From positions 34,906,001 through 34,970,000 of the forward strand of contig NC_043008.1 in NCBI RefSeq assembly GCF_006345805.1: a stretch of DNA of 64,000 bases, read 5' to 3'. The notes below the pieces were generated by a model that was not told the DNA's origin, ran no database searches, and saw only the letters and a list, made by a program, of their open reading frames with translations. Numbering within the stretch: position 1 is the first letter of the stretch; each line of letters begins with the position of its first letter. The position numbers and the translations under genes are program-made. Of this stretch, positions 1 through 11,946 are shown in pieces. The stretch comes from Octopus sinensis (Eukaryota).

Positions 1-252
<252 letters not shown>

Positions 253-1539
253 GTGTATATTGATTGTTTATATTGACTGCTTCCAGTCTTAGATCATTGC
301 CAAATCAAAAGTCGTTCTTCTCGAGAGTTGCATTTACCTGAGGTAGCTAAGGCAAAACTCTTTGAAATATTCTTCGAAATTTCTTATTCTCATTTGATGA
401 AAAATAATAATAAAAAAATGAAAAATTATAATTAAAAAAATGATAAGTAAAAGATGAAAGGCCCCCTTTTTATTACGTTCTTTTTGGTGAGTTTAGAATT
501 TTAAAAAGTTGAAAAAAAATGAAAACAAATCAATGTTTTTGTAAGGCGTTCCATATGTAATTATATAGCCACAAATGATTCCTGTATTTCATTTATAAAT
601 GTATTTTTAGATAAAGGCGTCTTGTCTTAGAATTTAATGAAGAATACGTATGTTTTCACATGCTTAACATCAAATTGTTATTTAGGCACAATGCCACAAA
701 TTTACAGAGGAGGCAAATGAGAATTTGTGATGTTCATTATCACTTACAGAGATAATGAATCGAAAAAAAAAAAGAAACAACGCGCGGTGTCTGCGTTACT
801 GAACATGTTTCAAAATTAATTTTCATTTTTTTTTGTTACATAGGCACAACGAAAACTTTCATATGAGGAGGCATATAATCGATTAAATGGGTTTCAGAAT
901 ATATATGATAGTTATCGTATCGATCACATCCAATGGAAGGACATGGAGGACAAAGTCAGTCCCGGTAATGCTTGAATTCAGAATATCGAGGCGTTTTGTA
1001 ATAGCGCCCAACATATAAGATAGGTCGTGTCTAATCTGACCAAGAAAATATCAGTTAATTCGTGACTGGGTACTACGGCCCTATATTTTCAAGAAAAGAG
1101 AATAAAAAGCAAGAGAAACTGAAACTGAAATAAAACGCTCTCAACTTTCAGGTGAAACCATATTGTATAAGTTTTCAACAACCGGAAGTCTTGTTGTACG
1201 GTGCTAGACGTAATATCACTATCAAACATCGAACGATATGGCTGAAGTCTGTTTTTCAGTTTTTCATTTACATATTTTAATCATATAACTACATTTTTTT
1301 GCGAAATCATCTGAATTATTATTTTTTCATCATTTTACTTTTTTTTTTAAACTTTCAATACATCGAGTTACATCAGATATAGATTTTTATCAATACCATT
1401 TCCTATATTTCTAATTTGTCTTTTTTTTTCATTCCTTTTATTTTTCATCTCTCAAGAGGAAAAAAAAAATTAACATATATATAAATATATGTTTTGTTTT
1501 CATATTTAATACAAAACCTTATGTCTGACTCATATTTTC

Positions 1540-1612
<73 letters not shown>
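1540..1612. repeat. (TAT)n microsatellite
   Basis: Direct tandem tta/att repeat. Confidence 0.95.
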
Positions 1613-2046
1613 TTATCATTATTAACCATTTTGTCAAGATAAAAGGAGAAAAACATTGTATAAAAAAACGGTGTTTGCCCTTTTAGGTGATGGGAGGTGG
1701 GTTAGGTTTCTCAACAATCTTCATCACATATATACATACATATATATACATATATATATCTATATATATATATTATATATACTATATATATATATTATAT
1801 ATATATATATATATATACTGGCCTTTGAAAAATACAGACTGGATAGCTGTAGTGGTAGTGGTAGTAGTAGTAAAAACAATAATAGTGGAAGTAGTATTCA
1901 GGGTTACCGTGTGTGTATGTATGCATGCGCGCGTGTATGTGTGTGTGAGCTTGAGTATGTATGAGCGTGTTACATGTGCACTTTGCGTATGTCAGCATGT
2001 GTGGGCGTGCGTGTTAGAATTGAACGTTATTGGACATTTTCACCAC

Positions 2047-2047
<1 letters not shown>

Positions 2048-2107
<60 letters not shown>

Positions 2108-2270
2108 GTTAGGAAATCTCATTATCATCAAAGTAGTTGTCGTCGTCGTCGACATCGTCGTCATCATCATCATTATTATTATTATCATCATCATCATCAT
2201 CATCATCATCTTCACAACCGTTGTCGCCGTCGTCGGCATCGACAACGCCATCGTCAACTTCATCGATGAT
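2048..2270. repeat. (TAT)n followed by (CAT)/(CGT) trinucleotide compound repeat
   Basis: Direct reading; explains the poly-L/I/Y/H ORFs. Confidence 0.9.
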
Positions 2271-2415
2271 GTCCGTATACACTTCGGAAAAAAATTGATG
2301 TCATGTAAAAGATTAACAAAAACACCAACAATGACAACAACATCAATAACGAGTAATATGAAAAAGAAAATATAAAAACAAAATAAAAACACATAGAAAA
2401 AAAATACGTTTATAG

Positions 2416-2488
2416 CCCAGTTTGGTCAGACATCTTTCTATCGATGGGGTTGAAGACGGGGTTGTAGGATTGCAATTTGAGTTCGACG
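2416..2488 (+). CDS. Candidate internal exon (PSLVRHLSIDGVEDGVVGLQFEFD, phase 0 to 1), product unknown
   Basis: tttatag acceptor, GACG|gtatgt donor, only one open frame, GC-richer island among repeats; no protein family recognised. Confidence 0.3.
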
Positions 2489-2869
2489 GTATGTAGAGTC
2501 ACAGAGAGAATTATAAAGAATTTGATCCATATTTGGATATTGATCGATTGGAACACGAGTGATAGAAAGGTACACACACACACACACACACACACACACG
2601 TACACATATACATATATGCCCTCATGTGCATATATTTGTATGTACTTAATATTTGTTTTTATGTCAAGTTATATGTAAAAACTATTTGACTAGAGGCTTC
2701 CTCAATACGTTTTAGTAGAGTAACATAGTTATTTATTAATTTTGACAAAGAAAGGATTGGCTTAGCTTTCGAAGTTTCGATTCGTTTGCCAGCATCGGAC
2801 TGGCTAATGACGGCGAGCAAAGCGAAACTTCGAAGTCTTTGTGAATTTTTACTTTGTAAAAATTAATGT

Positions 2870-2912
<43 letters not shown>

Positions 2913-2933
2913 AACACACACACACACACGCAC

Positions 2934-2964
<31 letters not shown>

Positions 2965-3065
2965 ATACTATTAGGGAGTATTAATTTGTTATTTATGTTT
3001 TGGTTTATGTCTATCACTGTTTGAGTTGCATAATAGTGGTTTTATCTCTAATTTATATTTTATAC

Positions 3066-3119
<54 letters not shown>

Positions 3120-3534
3120 GTATATACATATGTAGATAACTAGATAGATAGGTATAGATACACACACACAATACTTGTTTTGAAAACACGACTGTTCTCT
3201 AGGCAAATCTTTTTTTATCAACTTTTTCTTGGGTGCGGTCTGATATTTTCACATATGATATCCTTGCAAATTTTTTTTTCGAAAGAGTGTAACAATGAAG
3301 TTTTAGATTTTATTAATATTTCTAGATGCTTGGTGTTCCTTGTGGCTGTGATGCAAGCATGGAATGCTGGCAGAGCCCAAAATAAATATGAACACGAAAA
3401 TAAGCCGCCAAAAAAGAAAAACAAAAATGAAACTAATAATATAGTTTCAAGTCATTTTTAAAAGAAAAACAATTTCTTAAGACGGAGAAGCAGACATGCA
3501 CATACAAAAACATAATACACACACACACACACAC

Positions 3535-3585
<51 letters not shown>

Positions 3586-3723
3586 GATACACAAACACAC
3601 ACACACATGTATAAAGTAATTGAAACTGTCATAGAATACACATCATTCCCGCTGAATTAAGCAATTATCCAGTCCGAACTGGGATATTGAAATTTTCTCT
3701 CCCTCCCTCCCCCTCTCTCACTT

Positions 3724-3759
<36 letters not shown>

Positions 3760-3883
3760 GACACACATACACACACATATGTGAGTGTGTGTCTGTGTTA
3801 GAATATATGGCAAAGATGAATGTGTGAATACATTTATAAGTAATACGTACATACATATATATAAATATGTATATATGTATGTC

Positions 3884-3952
<69 letters not shown>

Positions 3953-4091
3953 TGGACTAATGGGTATATGTCACTTAGTGTGTTGAAGTGCTGAGTAGAG
4001 CACTGGCACAATTTGGGCTACCTGGTGTCATCCGCAGTAGAGGTATATTTCCGTTGGATCTACTTCAGGAATTCCACAGTGTTGGTTCAGA

Positions 4092-4384
4092 TAATAATAA
4101 TAATTTCTTAAGTAACGAGAAGATGGATTTTGCTTTAATCCTTATTCTGTACAACGGTCGTTTCGGCCCATATTACTACTGTCTCTTATGGGTGGGACTC
4201 CTTTCAACATGTTGTGTTGCATCAATTTTGCAGTCTGGGTCTCATCAGGTACAGCTATACATAAAGGTTTCTGTCTCGCTAAAGATGCTGTCTTTTGGCT
4301 GTCATGTTATATGCCCGTCTGGTTAGAGAAACGGCCGTTGTACGAAAAGATTAATGTCAAATCCACCTTTTCATTACTTAAGAA

Positions 4385-4400
<16 letters not shown>
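4092..4400 (-). mobile_element. Fold-back element with ~70-bp imperfect inverted arms, probably derived from an inverted Penelope-like pLTR, embedded in (AAT)n
   Basis: 4092-4164 (aataatttcttaagtaacgagaagatggatttt...gtacaacggtcgtttc) is the reverse complement of 4328-4400 (gaaacggccgttgtac...cattacttaagaaattatt); contains a hammerhead motif. Confidence 0.7.
4147..4255 (-). ncRNA. Type I hammerhead ribozyme motif (minimal stem III, extended loop II)
   Basis: Minus strand: stem I ctgtac/gtacag (6 bp), core CUGAUGA (4248-4242), stem II gaccca/tgggcc (5 of 6 paired), GAAA (4164-4161), stem III A-cgaccg-U, cleavage triplet GUU. Confidence 0.65.
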
Positions 4401-4537
<137 letters not shown>

Positions 4538-4908
4538 CACACTCACATGCAACACAATTGTTTTACTTATACAGAATGGCGTATATTTATTTATTTGGAA
4601 GGGAAATATAAGACTGCCTGATGATTATGATTTTCTCGAATGTTTTGGTGACGTTAAATATAATGAGCCGAATATGCTTACTACATTCGCCAAAACTATA
4701 CATATAAAGTGGTGACAAGTACCAACGTACCGTGTGGCAGGCTGGATAATTGCCGAGAATTCTCGACATAAAACGAAAGGTAGTCTTGGTAACGCACAAA
4801 TATATATATCCAGCAATGCAGTGTTGAGCACTCATTCTCACAGTTCAATATTAGCGTGTATATATATATAAATTATATATATAAATTATATATATATATA
4901 TTATATAT

Positions 4909-4962
<54 letters not shown>

Positions 4963-5934
4963 CATACATATACATACATACACAATATTATATAAATATA
5001 ATTATATATATATATACATACATACATATACATACATACACAATATTATATAAATATAATTATATATTTATGCACACATATATACATATACATTTATGGT
5101 GGCCATTCCCCACCGACCAAGGAAAGTGTATACACTTGGTGGTGGATGCCTCTGTGCGTGATGAGTTCAACGTGATGACTTGCACGACAGCCATCACACA
5201 CAACATTTAATCAAAACCGGAATAAAATTGAAAGGTGAATTAAGACATTTGAACAAATAAGATTTGAGTTTTAAAGATGGAATGGGTTTTGAAGACCCAC
5301 AGATGGAAATAGAGCTCAACACTGCTATCTGGAAAATAACTTTATAGTTTCACGAAGACCCTCGCTTTTTAAAGTGATGATTTGCTCATCCTAATCAGTG
5401 ATGCTACCAAGTTTCAGCAAGCTGGATTGGACGAGGTGATCGCATAGTGTCTTCATTATGGACAGAAGGCAGTGTCATTTCAGAATAAAAATTGCTGATC
5501 TCCAGCAAGGCGTCCATCTTTGTACGTCGGGGCGCACACATACATGCACACAAACATGCACACCAACAGGCACACACACATGCACCACCCTACACACACA
5601 TGCACGCATACGCATGCACACACACACACACACGTGCGCACGCGCTCAGACATGTTCATACAAAAGCATTTCAAGATCTTCCGCACGAAGTATTATTATT
5701 GGGTTTTCTTTATATGTATATGTACACACACACACACACACACGCACACAGATATTGTATATGTATCTATATGTGTGTGTATATATTTAAGTGTTGGGTA
5801 TGTTCCTAGTAATAAGCCATTAAAGCACGCTCACTGTGTATGGCTATCTGAGGTCATCTACCGTATTAATACAATTAGATCTACATTGGGAATTCCTCAG
5901 TGCACGTTGAGTACATAGCAAATGATGGAGACGG

Positions 5935-6138
5935 GAAATGGAATTTTCGAGAAACTTTATTGTTCACAACGATTGTTTCAGACCATTCTGCATCGCTCCC
6001 TCGCAGGTGGGATACTGTGCACCCCTCGGTGGGGACAGACCATAGCCAGTTGTGCAGTATCCCACCGGCGAGGGATCATTGCAGGGTGCGTCGAAACGAT
6101 CGTTGTGAACAATAAAGTTTCTGGTATATTCCATTTTC
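5935..6138. mobile_element. Fold-back element with ~90-bp imperfect inverted arms (inverted pLTR-like or MITE)
   Basis: agaaactttattgttcacaacgattgtttc...ccctcgcaggtgggatactg pairs with cagtatcccaccggcgaggg...gaaacgatcgttgtgaacaataaagtttct. Confidence 0.65.
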
Positions 6139-6193
6139 TGTGTTTCTATCAATGTTATATGTTGTTACATGTATATATATATATATATATATA

Positions 6194-6380
6194 GTGACGT
6201 ATATTTGCCATTTCAATATGGCTACCCCTAAGGGTGGATGCTACTGTAGTTTTTAGCCCCAGGAGGACACACTCCTCCAGCTGGCCATAGACACACTTTC
6301 TGTGTCCTGACACAGAAAGTGTGTCTACAGTAGCATCCACCCTTAGGGGTAGCCATATTGAAATGGCAAATATACGTCAC
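6194..6380. repeat. Perfect palindrome: 72-bp right arm matches the left arm, which has an extra 41 nt; 2-nt apex; follows (TA)n
   Basis: 6194-6249 plus 6291-6306 are the exact reverse complement of 6309-6380. Confidence 0.9.
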
Positions 6381-6423
6381 GATGTGTTACCGCTACTGTA
6401 TATAACTCGCTTTGATATTTATC

Positions 6424-6466
<43 letters not shown>

Positions 6467-6479
6467 TATATGCAGGTAT

Positions 6480-6830
6480 GTATCAATAAATTTTAGCGAT
6501 AATCAGAGGAGGCTACTGTGAGTGTCACCTTCGCTATCACTAATGTTTAAAATTTTCTGATCGCTCGAGTCAGATCTCTTTTAACAATCAGGAAATACGT
6601 TGGCTATGGTGTCTGCTATCCGTATGTTTGTAGGATGTGCTTTATCTATGTGTTAAATGTTGCGTATATTTTGCTATTAGTATTGATTCAATCACTAAGC
6701 GTTGCTGTTTCAGAGAGATGTTCATATAAGTTCATTGTGTTATAGACTAATAGTGTTGGGTTTTATAAAATACTGTTTGGTGTGGCATGATATAATGTTT
6801 TGAATGGTTCGTGTTTTTGTAGATGACTGG
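6480..6830 (-). mobile_element. Decayed Penelope-like element 3' fragment (GIY-YIG endonuclease C-terminus)
   Basis: Minus strand reads QQRLVIESILIAKY (6667-6708), resembling the conserved-Glu helix of PLE GIY-YIG domains; heavily decayed. Confidence 0.35.
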
Positions 6831-7116
6831 ATTGTCCGTACCGAAATATAGTATTATTCAGTTTGCGAATATAACTTGCGAAGTTCAAATCATGTAGTTT
6901 ATAACTTGTCTATTTACAGATGCCAACGGCTAAACCATTTCCTGATTGCTACATTTCGAAGTCAACTGAGAGAATGAATAAGAAACATGCAGGGCAGTAT
7001 TCCTCTAAAGCAATCAGCAATAGCAGTCGTCACAAAAAATGTTTTATCGGGAAGATCTTGAAATGACAAAGAACACCGAAAATTTTAGAATGAATTTAAA
7101 GATTAATAAAGGAATT

Positions 7117-7323
7117 CCTTACTTTTTGGCGTACAAGTCGAATTTCCAGATCAAAATTTACAGCCTAGACAGGTAGGTCGACTTATAAACCAAGACCACT
7201 TTGGAGGATAAAAAATTCCATGTAAAATGCAATAGGATTTAGAAAGATAATAACGATGTTTGAATGTTTACACTACAGGTTTACATTATTTACTACGTCG
7301 ACTTGTATGCCGGAAAATACTGT
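7117..7323. mobile_element. MITE, pogo/Tigger-like TIRs
   Basis: Left ccttactttttggcgtacaagtcga versus reverse complement of right end acagtattttccggcatacaagtcga. Confidence 0.45.
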
Positions 7324-7449
7324 TTATAAAACATGCTTAAAGTGAAAATTGGATTATAACAACGTTTACAATATCGAATAGTCACATTCATACGTATGTT
7401 ACATGAATGTCTAATCTGAACCCATCCAATGCTAATTGACACGACACCA

Positions 7450-8400
7450 CATCAACTCTATTCTACATTTGGCAGCTTAGTTTTCCCCTGTTCTGATATT
7501 AATTTTCAATATTTTATCTAGACTATTCTTACATTCATAAGGATTGCAAATAAGCAACCATCAGTGTGATCATCACACAAATGATCTTGGCAAATGCTGA
7601 ATCAGCCAATATTCTTGATGAGTAATATTAAAAAGTAGAAATTATGGAAGATTAAAAAGTAGAAATTATACAACACGTGCATCAAATTTTTCGCAAACAC
7701 TCTGGTACATGCAATGCTTCAAGGACAGCAAGTAGGCAGCATAATTTTAGACACAACCAAAGCATTCGATAATGTTACAGACTGAAAGGTTTGTTTAAAT
7801 TAAGTAAGCTACGGGGTTTTCGAAAAATACACTCGAATATTTCTAATACTTTCAATCTTGGATTTGTTGTTGGTAGCATATATCTGGAAGTATAACCATT
7901 ACATCTTCAGCACCATCAAAAAATTGTTTTGATTCCATTGCTTTTCTTCCTATACCCAAACGAAACATTTTAATCTATTATATTAAGCTGGTGCCTGTTC
8001 GTTATCATTCTCAACTTCAAAGTGATTAAAAATTTAGAAAATACACAAGACTTCAAGCACATTTAGATTGCGCGGAGTCTTGACGTAGACACTATAGAAT
8101 CTTAATTGTGATTACAAAAGACTAGTCTTTAGAGAAACAAATTGCCAGGACGATGTTCAGAACGTCGAAATAATGAAACGCCTAGTTGTTACCATCCATA
8201 CCAAACTAAGTTGGTGAACGCTGAAAGGATCATTAAAAGACCAATCTAAGTCAGAGGCTTTCTACTGAACAAACTTCAAAATTGTTAAAAGTCCAAGAAT
8301 TTCATTGTTATAAAACGTACGTCCAACTACTCGTACTACTCGTATAGTTCTGAAATTTGAGATACATTTGAGAAAGAAGTGATGAGTTACAAAATAGCAT
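7450..8400 (+). mobile_element. Decayed L2/CR1-type LINE reverse transcriptase fragment
   Basis: GQQVGSIILDTTKAFDNV (RT D..KAFD.V motif, ~7723-7780) followed by ..SYG; many stops and frameshifts. Confidence 0.6.
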
Positions 8401-8723
8401 TTAAAAGAGATAGAAAAGAGCTCAACCCGATCCATAGTCTTCGACTGGCAACAAAGAAAAAACTCTAAAAGGTGAATGGAAATCTTTGGACATCAACTCT
8501 AAATGTATGACAGGAGTTGACACAACTCTGAATACTGCATAAATACGTGTACAGTTACACCCATTACTCACTAGCTATTTACACAAGATTAAGTGGTTAC
8601 AGACCTACAATTTAAACCGATTTATGGACGTATAAAAACCGTATGAAAGTCCTCGTGTGGTAATTACTGCCTTGTGGAAATTACTTTCTGTTTGGCTTTG
8701 CGAATATATATATATAGAACGGA

Positions 8724-8860
<137 letters not shown>

Positions 8861-9151
8861 ATATATACATATATTGACAAATGTATGTTCAAAATGCAAA
8901 GGCTGTAACAACGGGTTACTGAGCCACATTACGTACCGAACATGGAGTGGACTATATTAGTTGGAACAATATGCAACTATCGGAATTTATCACTGACGAA
9001 GAAATGGGACACATACATGGTTTTGTACTCAAATGTATATTCTTTCTGATTATTACCTTTAAAAAATATATGTGTATATGTGTGTGTCTGTGTGCGCGTG
9101 CGTGTGAGCATGCACGCGCGTATATATATATATGTATACATACATACACAC

Positions 9152-9182
<31 letters not shown>

Positions 9183-9204
9183 CACACGCACACATACATA
9201 CAAA

Positions 9205-9310
9205 CAAAAATATCCTGTTGATGTTGAAATTCCAATGAAGGAGCCTTGGACTTAGGTTAGAAACCAGTTCTTTCTCTGTTGGCAAGAAATCTTGAAATGA
9301 ACTGAATAAT
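9205..9310 (+). mobile_element. Isolated 3' UTR of an R4/Dong-like LINE
   Basis: aaatatcctgttgatgttgaaattccaatg...gaaaccagttctttctctgttggcaagaaatcttgaaatgaactgaataat matches the 3' end of the element at 38121-38963. Confidence 0.7.
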
Positions 9311-9321
9311 GTCATATATAG

Positions 9322-9354
<33 letters not shown>

Positions 9355-10188
9355 ATGCATACATCCATCCATACATACATGTATGAGTAAAAAGAATAGC
9401 ATGACAGGTGAGGAGAGAAAGGAAGAATATTCAACATGATTTTGTGAAGATGATAGAAAAATACGTTAAGTATTTATATGTAAATGGGATTACAAAGATT
9501 ATTTAATATCCAGTAATAACATATGAAGTTATAAAGAATTGCTGCAGAAGTATTTTTTTCTTCAAAAGGGACGAATTGTTTGGTGGAAATCAACGAAATG
9601 AAAAGAAAATGCATAGTTTTTCTCTCTTTTCTCCATTCAAGTCAATCATTCATTCGTTTTCCCTTTCTACTTCCTTCCTTTCATTCATTGATTCATTTTT
9701 TCTTTCTTTCTCACTATGTTTTTCTTTTCAAAATTCACGCACGTTTCTTTGGAGTTGGCACAAGGCCAACTGTTTTTTTTAAAGGATGAACCCAGCCAAT
9801 TGAATTAAATACATATTTTATCGCCATCGCCCCGGGTGGGATGAAAGCCACTGTCAAATACGACGACATTTCATTAATTAGAATCTAGAGGAATGAGACT
9901 AAATATATTGTAAGACATTTAGTTCGATGCTCCATCATCACTTCTAAACTTTTACTCCGTTTTTTTTTATTTCTGAAATTGCATTAACAACAACAAAAAC
10001 AAGAACAAGAACATCAACATCAATAACAATAACAACAATTCTTTGTGTTTTCGGTTTTGTTTTTGCTTTTGGTTTGCATTGTAATCAACAGTAGCTGCCT
10101 TGGCAACAACTATAACAACTTCAACAAGAACAACAACAACACCCACTGTGATTGAGATTTCTGTGGTTTCGGACGTAATTTTCTATAG

Positions 10189-10252
10189 CCTAAAAAACCT
10201 CCCTCTCAATGGAATTTTACTTCAGCGATTTCGTATTGTTTTTCTTCACAAG
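10189..10252 (+). CDS. Candidate 64-nt exon (PKKPPSQWNFTSAISYCFSSQ or LKNLPLNGILLQRFRIVFLHK), product unknown
   Basis: aattttctatag acceptor and CAAG|gtaaga consensus donor; two frames open. Confidence 0.3.
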
Positions 10253-10536
10253 GTAAGAATTGAATATTTTTTAGCGGGAAGATAGATTATGAGACTGTCA
10301 CATCTCATGCTTGTTGCAGGGCATTAAGGAGGCAAGCCAAGTAAAATGGCTACGATCAGAAATCCAAATCTCGCTACTTATACAGTATCCTTTTGTAGCT
10401 CGCCTTGCATGAACTATCTTTGACAACAATGACCAGACATAGAGTTGCTGGTGACTTCATAAGAAAAAATGTCGACCCTTCGGTCAGTTGGCTAAAAACC
10501 CTGATATCCTTTGAAGACCAGAATCACTGGTGGTGG

Positions 10537-10592
<56 letters not shown>

Positions 10593-10993
10593 TCAAATTC
10601 TGTCATAAGTCGTTTCTCAACGTCTTTGATATTTCCATCACGATCAAATGGATATTAATAGTGACACAAAAATGGCAGTGGCCTAATTTCATGAACTATT
10701 TATATTATATAGACTTAATTTAACACCAAACAGATCAAAGTGCACACACACGTATACACATACACACATACATACATACGTTCACGTAAACTCACATACA
10801 CATATATATACACTCACTCATTCGGTCATTCATTCAGAGAACTGGAACATGATCTCATGTGCAGACATTGTTGAGTTGAAAGCAATATTCGCAGTGGAGT
10901 GCCACTTCTTAAATACCACTTTATATTTTGTTGAACCACACATATATTTCAACGACTATAAATCAGTTCAATACTATCACAGTTTATCATCGG

Positions 10994-11179
10994 GTTCCCT
11001 AGTTTAATTAAACTATCATAGCCAAAGTTATACTGAAGCGTTTTAACCAACAAAACATTAATGTAAGTTATAAGTGTTCCATATTTTATTGTCTAGCAGG
11101 GAACATTAGTGCATTCAGCTTCATTGCCAGCTTTACAAGATTATGGAAGTGACCGACAAATGTACAAATAGAACTATGG
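10994..11179 (+). repeat. Copy 1 of a ~187-bp local direct repeat (copy 2 at 12397-12583)
   Basis: Near-identical gttccctagtttaatt...gaccgacaaatgta(c/t)aaa(t/c)agaact(a/g)tgg in both places. Confidence 0.9.
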
Positions 11180-11419
11180 CATGTCGTGACTATGCTTTTT
11201 TTGATTCAAAGTAGGTTTCTTTAGACTTGTGATTCACAGAAAATCAGATATTCATTGTTCATTTAGAAACTATTTAAACTTAAAAATTGGTGAATATTTC
11301 TATGATTATCAACTGGTTCAACTGATGTGTACTGACTCAAGGAAACGAGTCCTGTAGTGTCCATCTAAAGTAAAAATGTTACACTTGCCAGGCTCATATA
11401 TATATAAAAAGAGCACTTA

Positions 11420-11820
11420 TAGGCGTGGCTGTGTGGTAAGAAGCTTCTTCCCAACCACATGGTTCCGGTTTTAGTCCACTGCGTGGCACCTTGGGGGAGT
11501 GTTTTCTACTATAGCCTCAGGCTGATCAAGGCCTTGTGAGTGGATTTGGTAGACGGCTACTGAAAGAAGCCTGTCGTATATATATACATATATATATATG
11601 TGTGTGTATATGTGTGTATAATATTTGTGTGTCTGTGTTTGCTTGACAACCGATGTTGGTGTATTTACGTCCCCGTAACTTAGCGGTTCGGCAAAAACGA
11701 CCAATAGAATATGTATTAGGCTTATGAAGAATAAGTCCTGGGATCGATTTGTTCGACTAAAGACGGAGCTCCAGTATGGCCGCAGTCAAATGACTGAAAC
11801 AAGTAAAAGAATAAAAGAAT
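11420..11820 (+). mobile_element. tRNA-derived SINE type A (CORE-like central domain)
   Basis: A-box gtggctgtgtggt, B-box-like ggttttagtcc, gcaccttggggg..gtgt core, internal TA/TG tract, cgtccccgtaacttagcggttcggc body, aaaagaat tail. Confidence 0.85.
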
Positions 11821-11852
11821 ATATATGTATATATACATACATATATACATAC

Positions 11853-11889
<37 letters not shown>

Positions 11890-11946
11890 CATATATACAT
11901 ACACACACACACACACATATATATAATGTATACATACATATACATA

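Noticed and set aside
330-395. GPCR helix-8-like KKFRRIFQRVLP on the minus strand
   Set aside because: No upstream NPxxY motif or transmembrane exon; likely chance.
4573-4715. Exon NGVYLFIWKGNIRLPDDYDFLECFGDVKY...
   Set aside because: The acceptor is plausible but there is no convincing donor, it is phase-incompatible with the upstream candidate and no family is recognisable.
6194-6380. Hammerhead inside this palindrome (ctgacacagaaa; ctac-a-gtag)
   Set aside because: No CUGANGA core and no A15.1-U16.1 pair; only the palindrome is reported.
7628-7670. Small tandem duplications (attaaaaagtagaaattat x2; also at ~25150, 33860, 50215, 50810)
   Set aside because: Ordinary slippage duplications with no further structure.
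8990-9020. ctgacgaagaaatggg as a hammerhead
   Set aside because: No stem II and no stem I pairing. The same applies to the CTGANGA hits at ~4616, 24563, 30670, 37275 and 50180.
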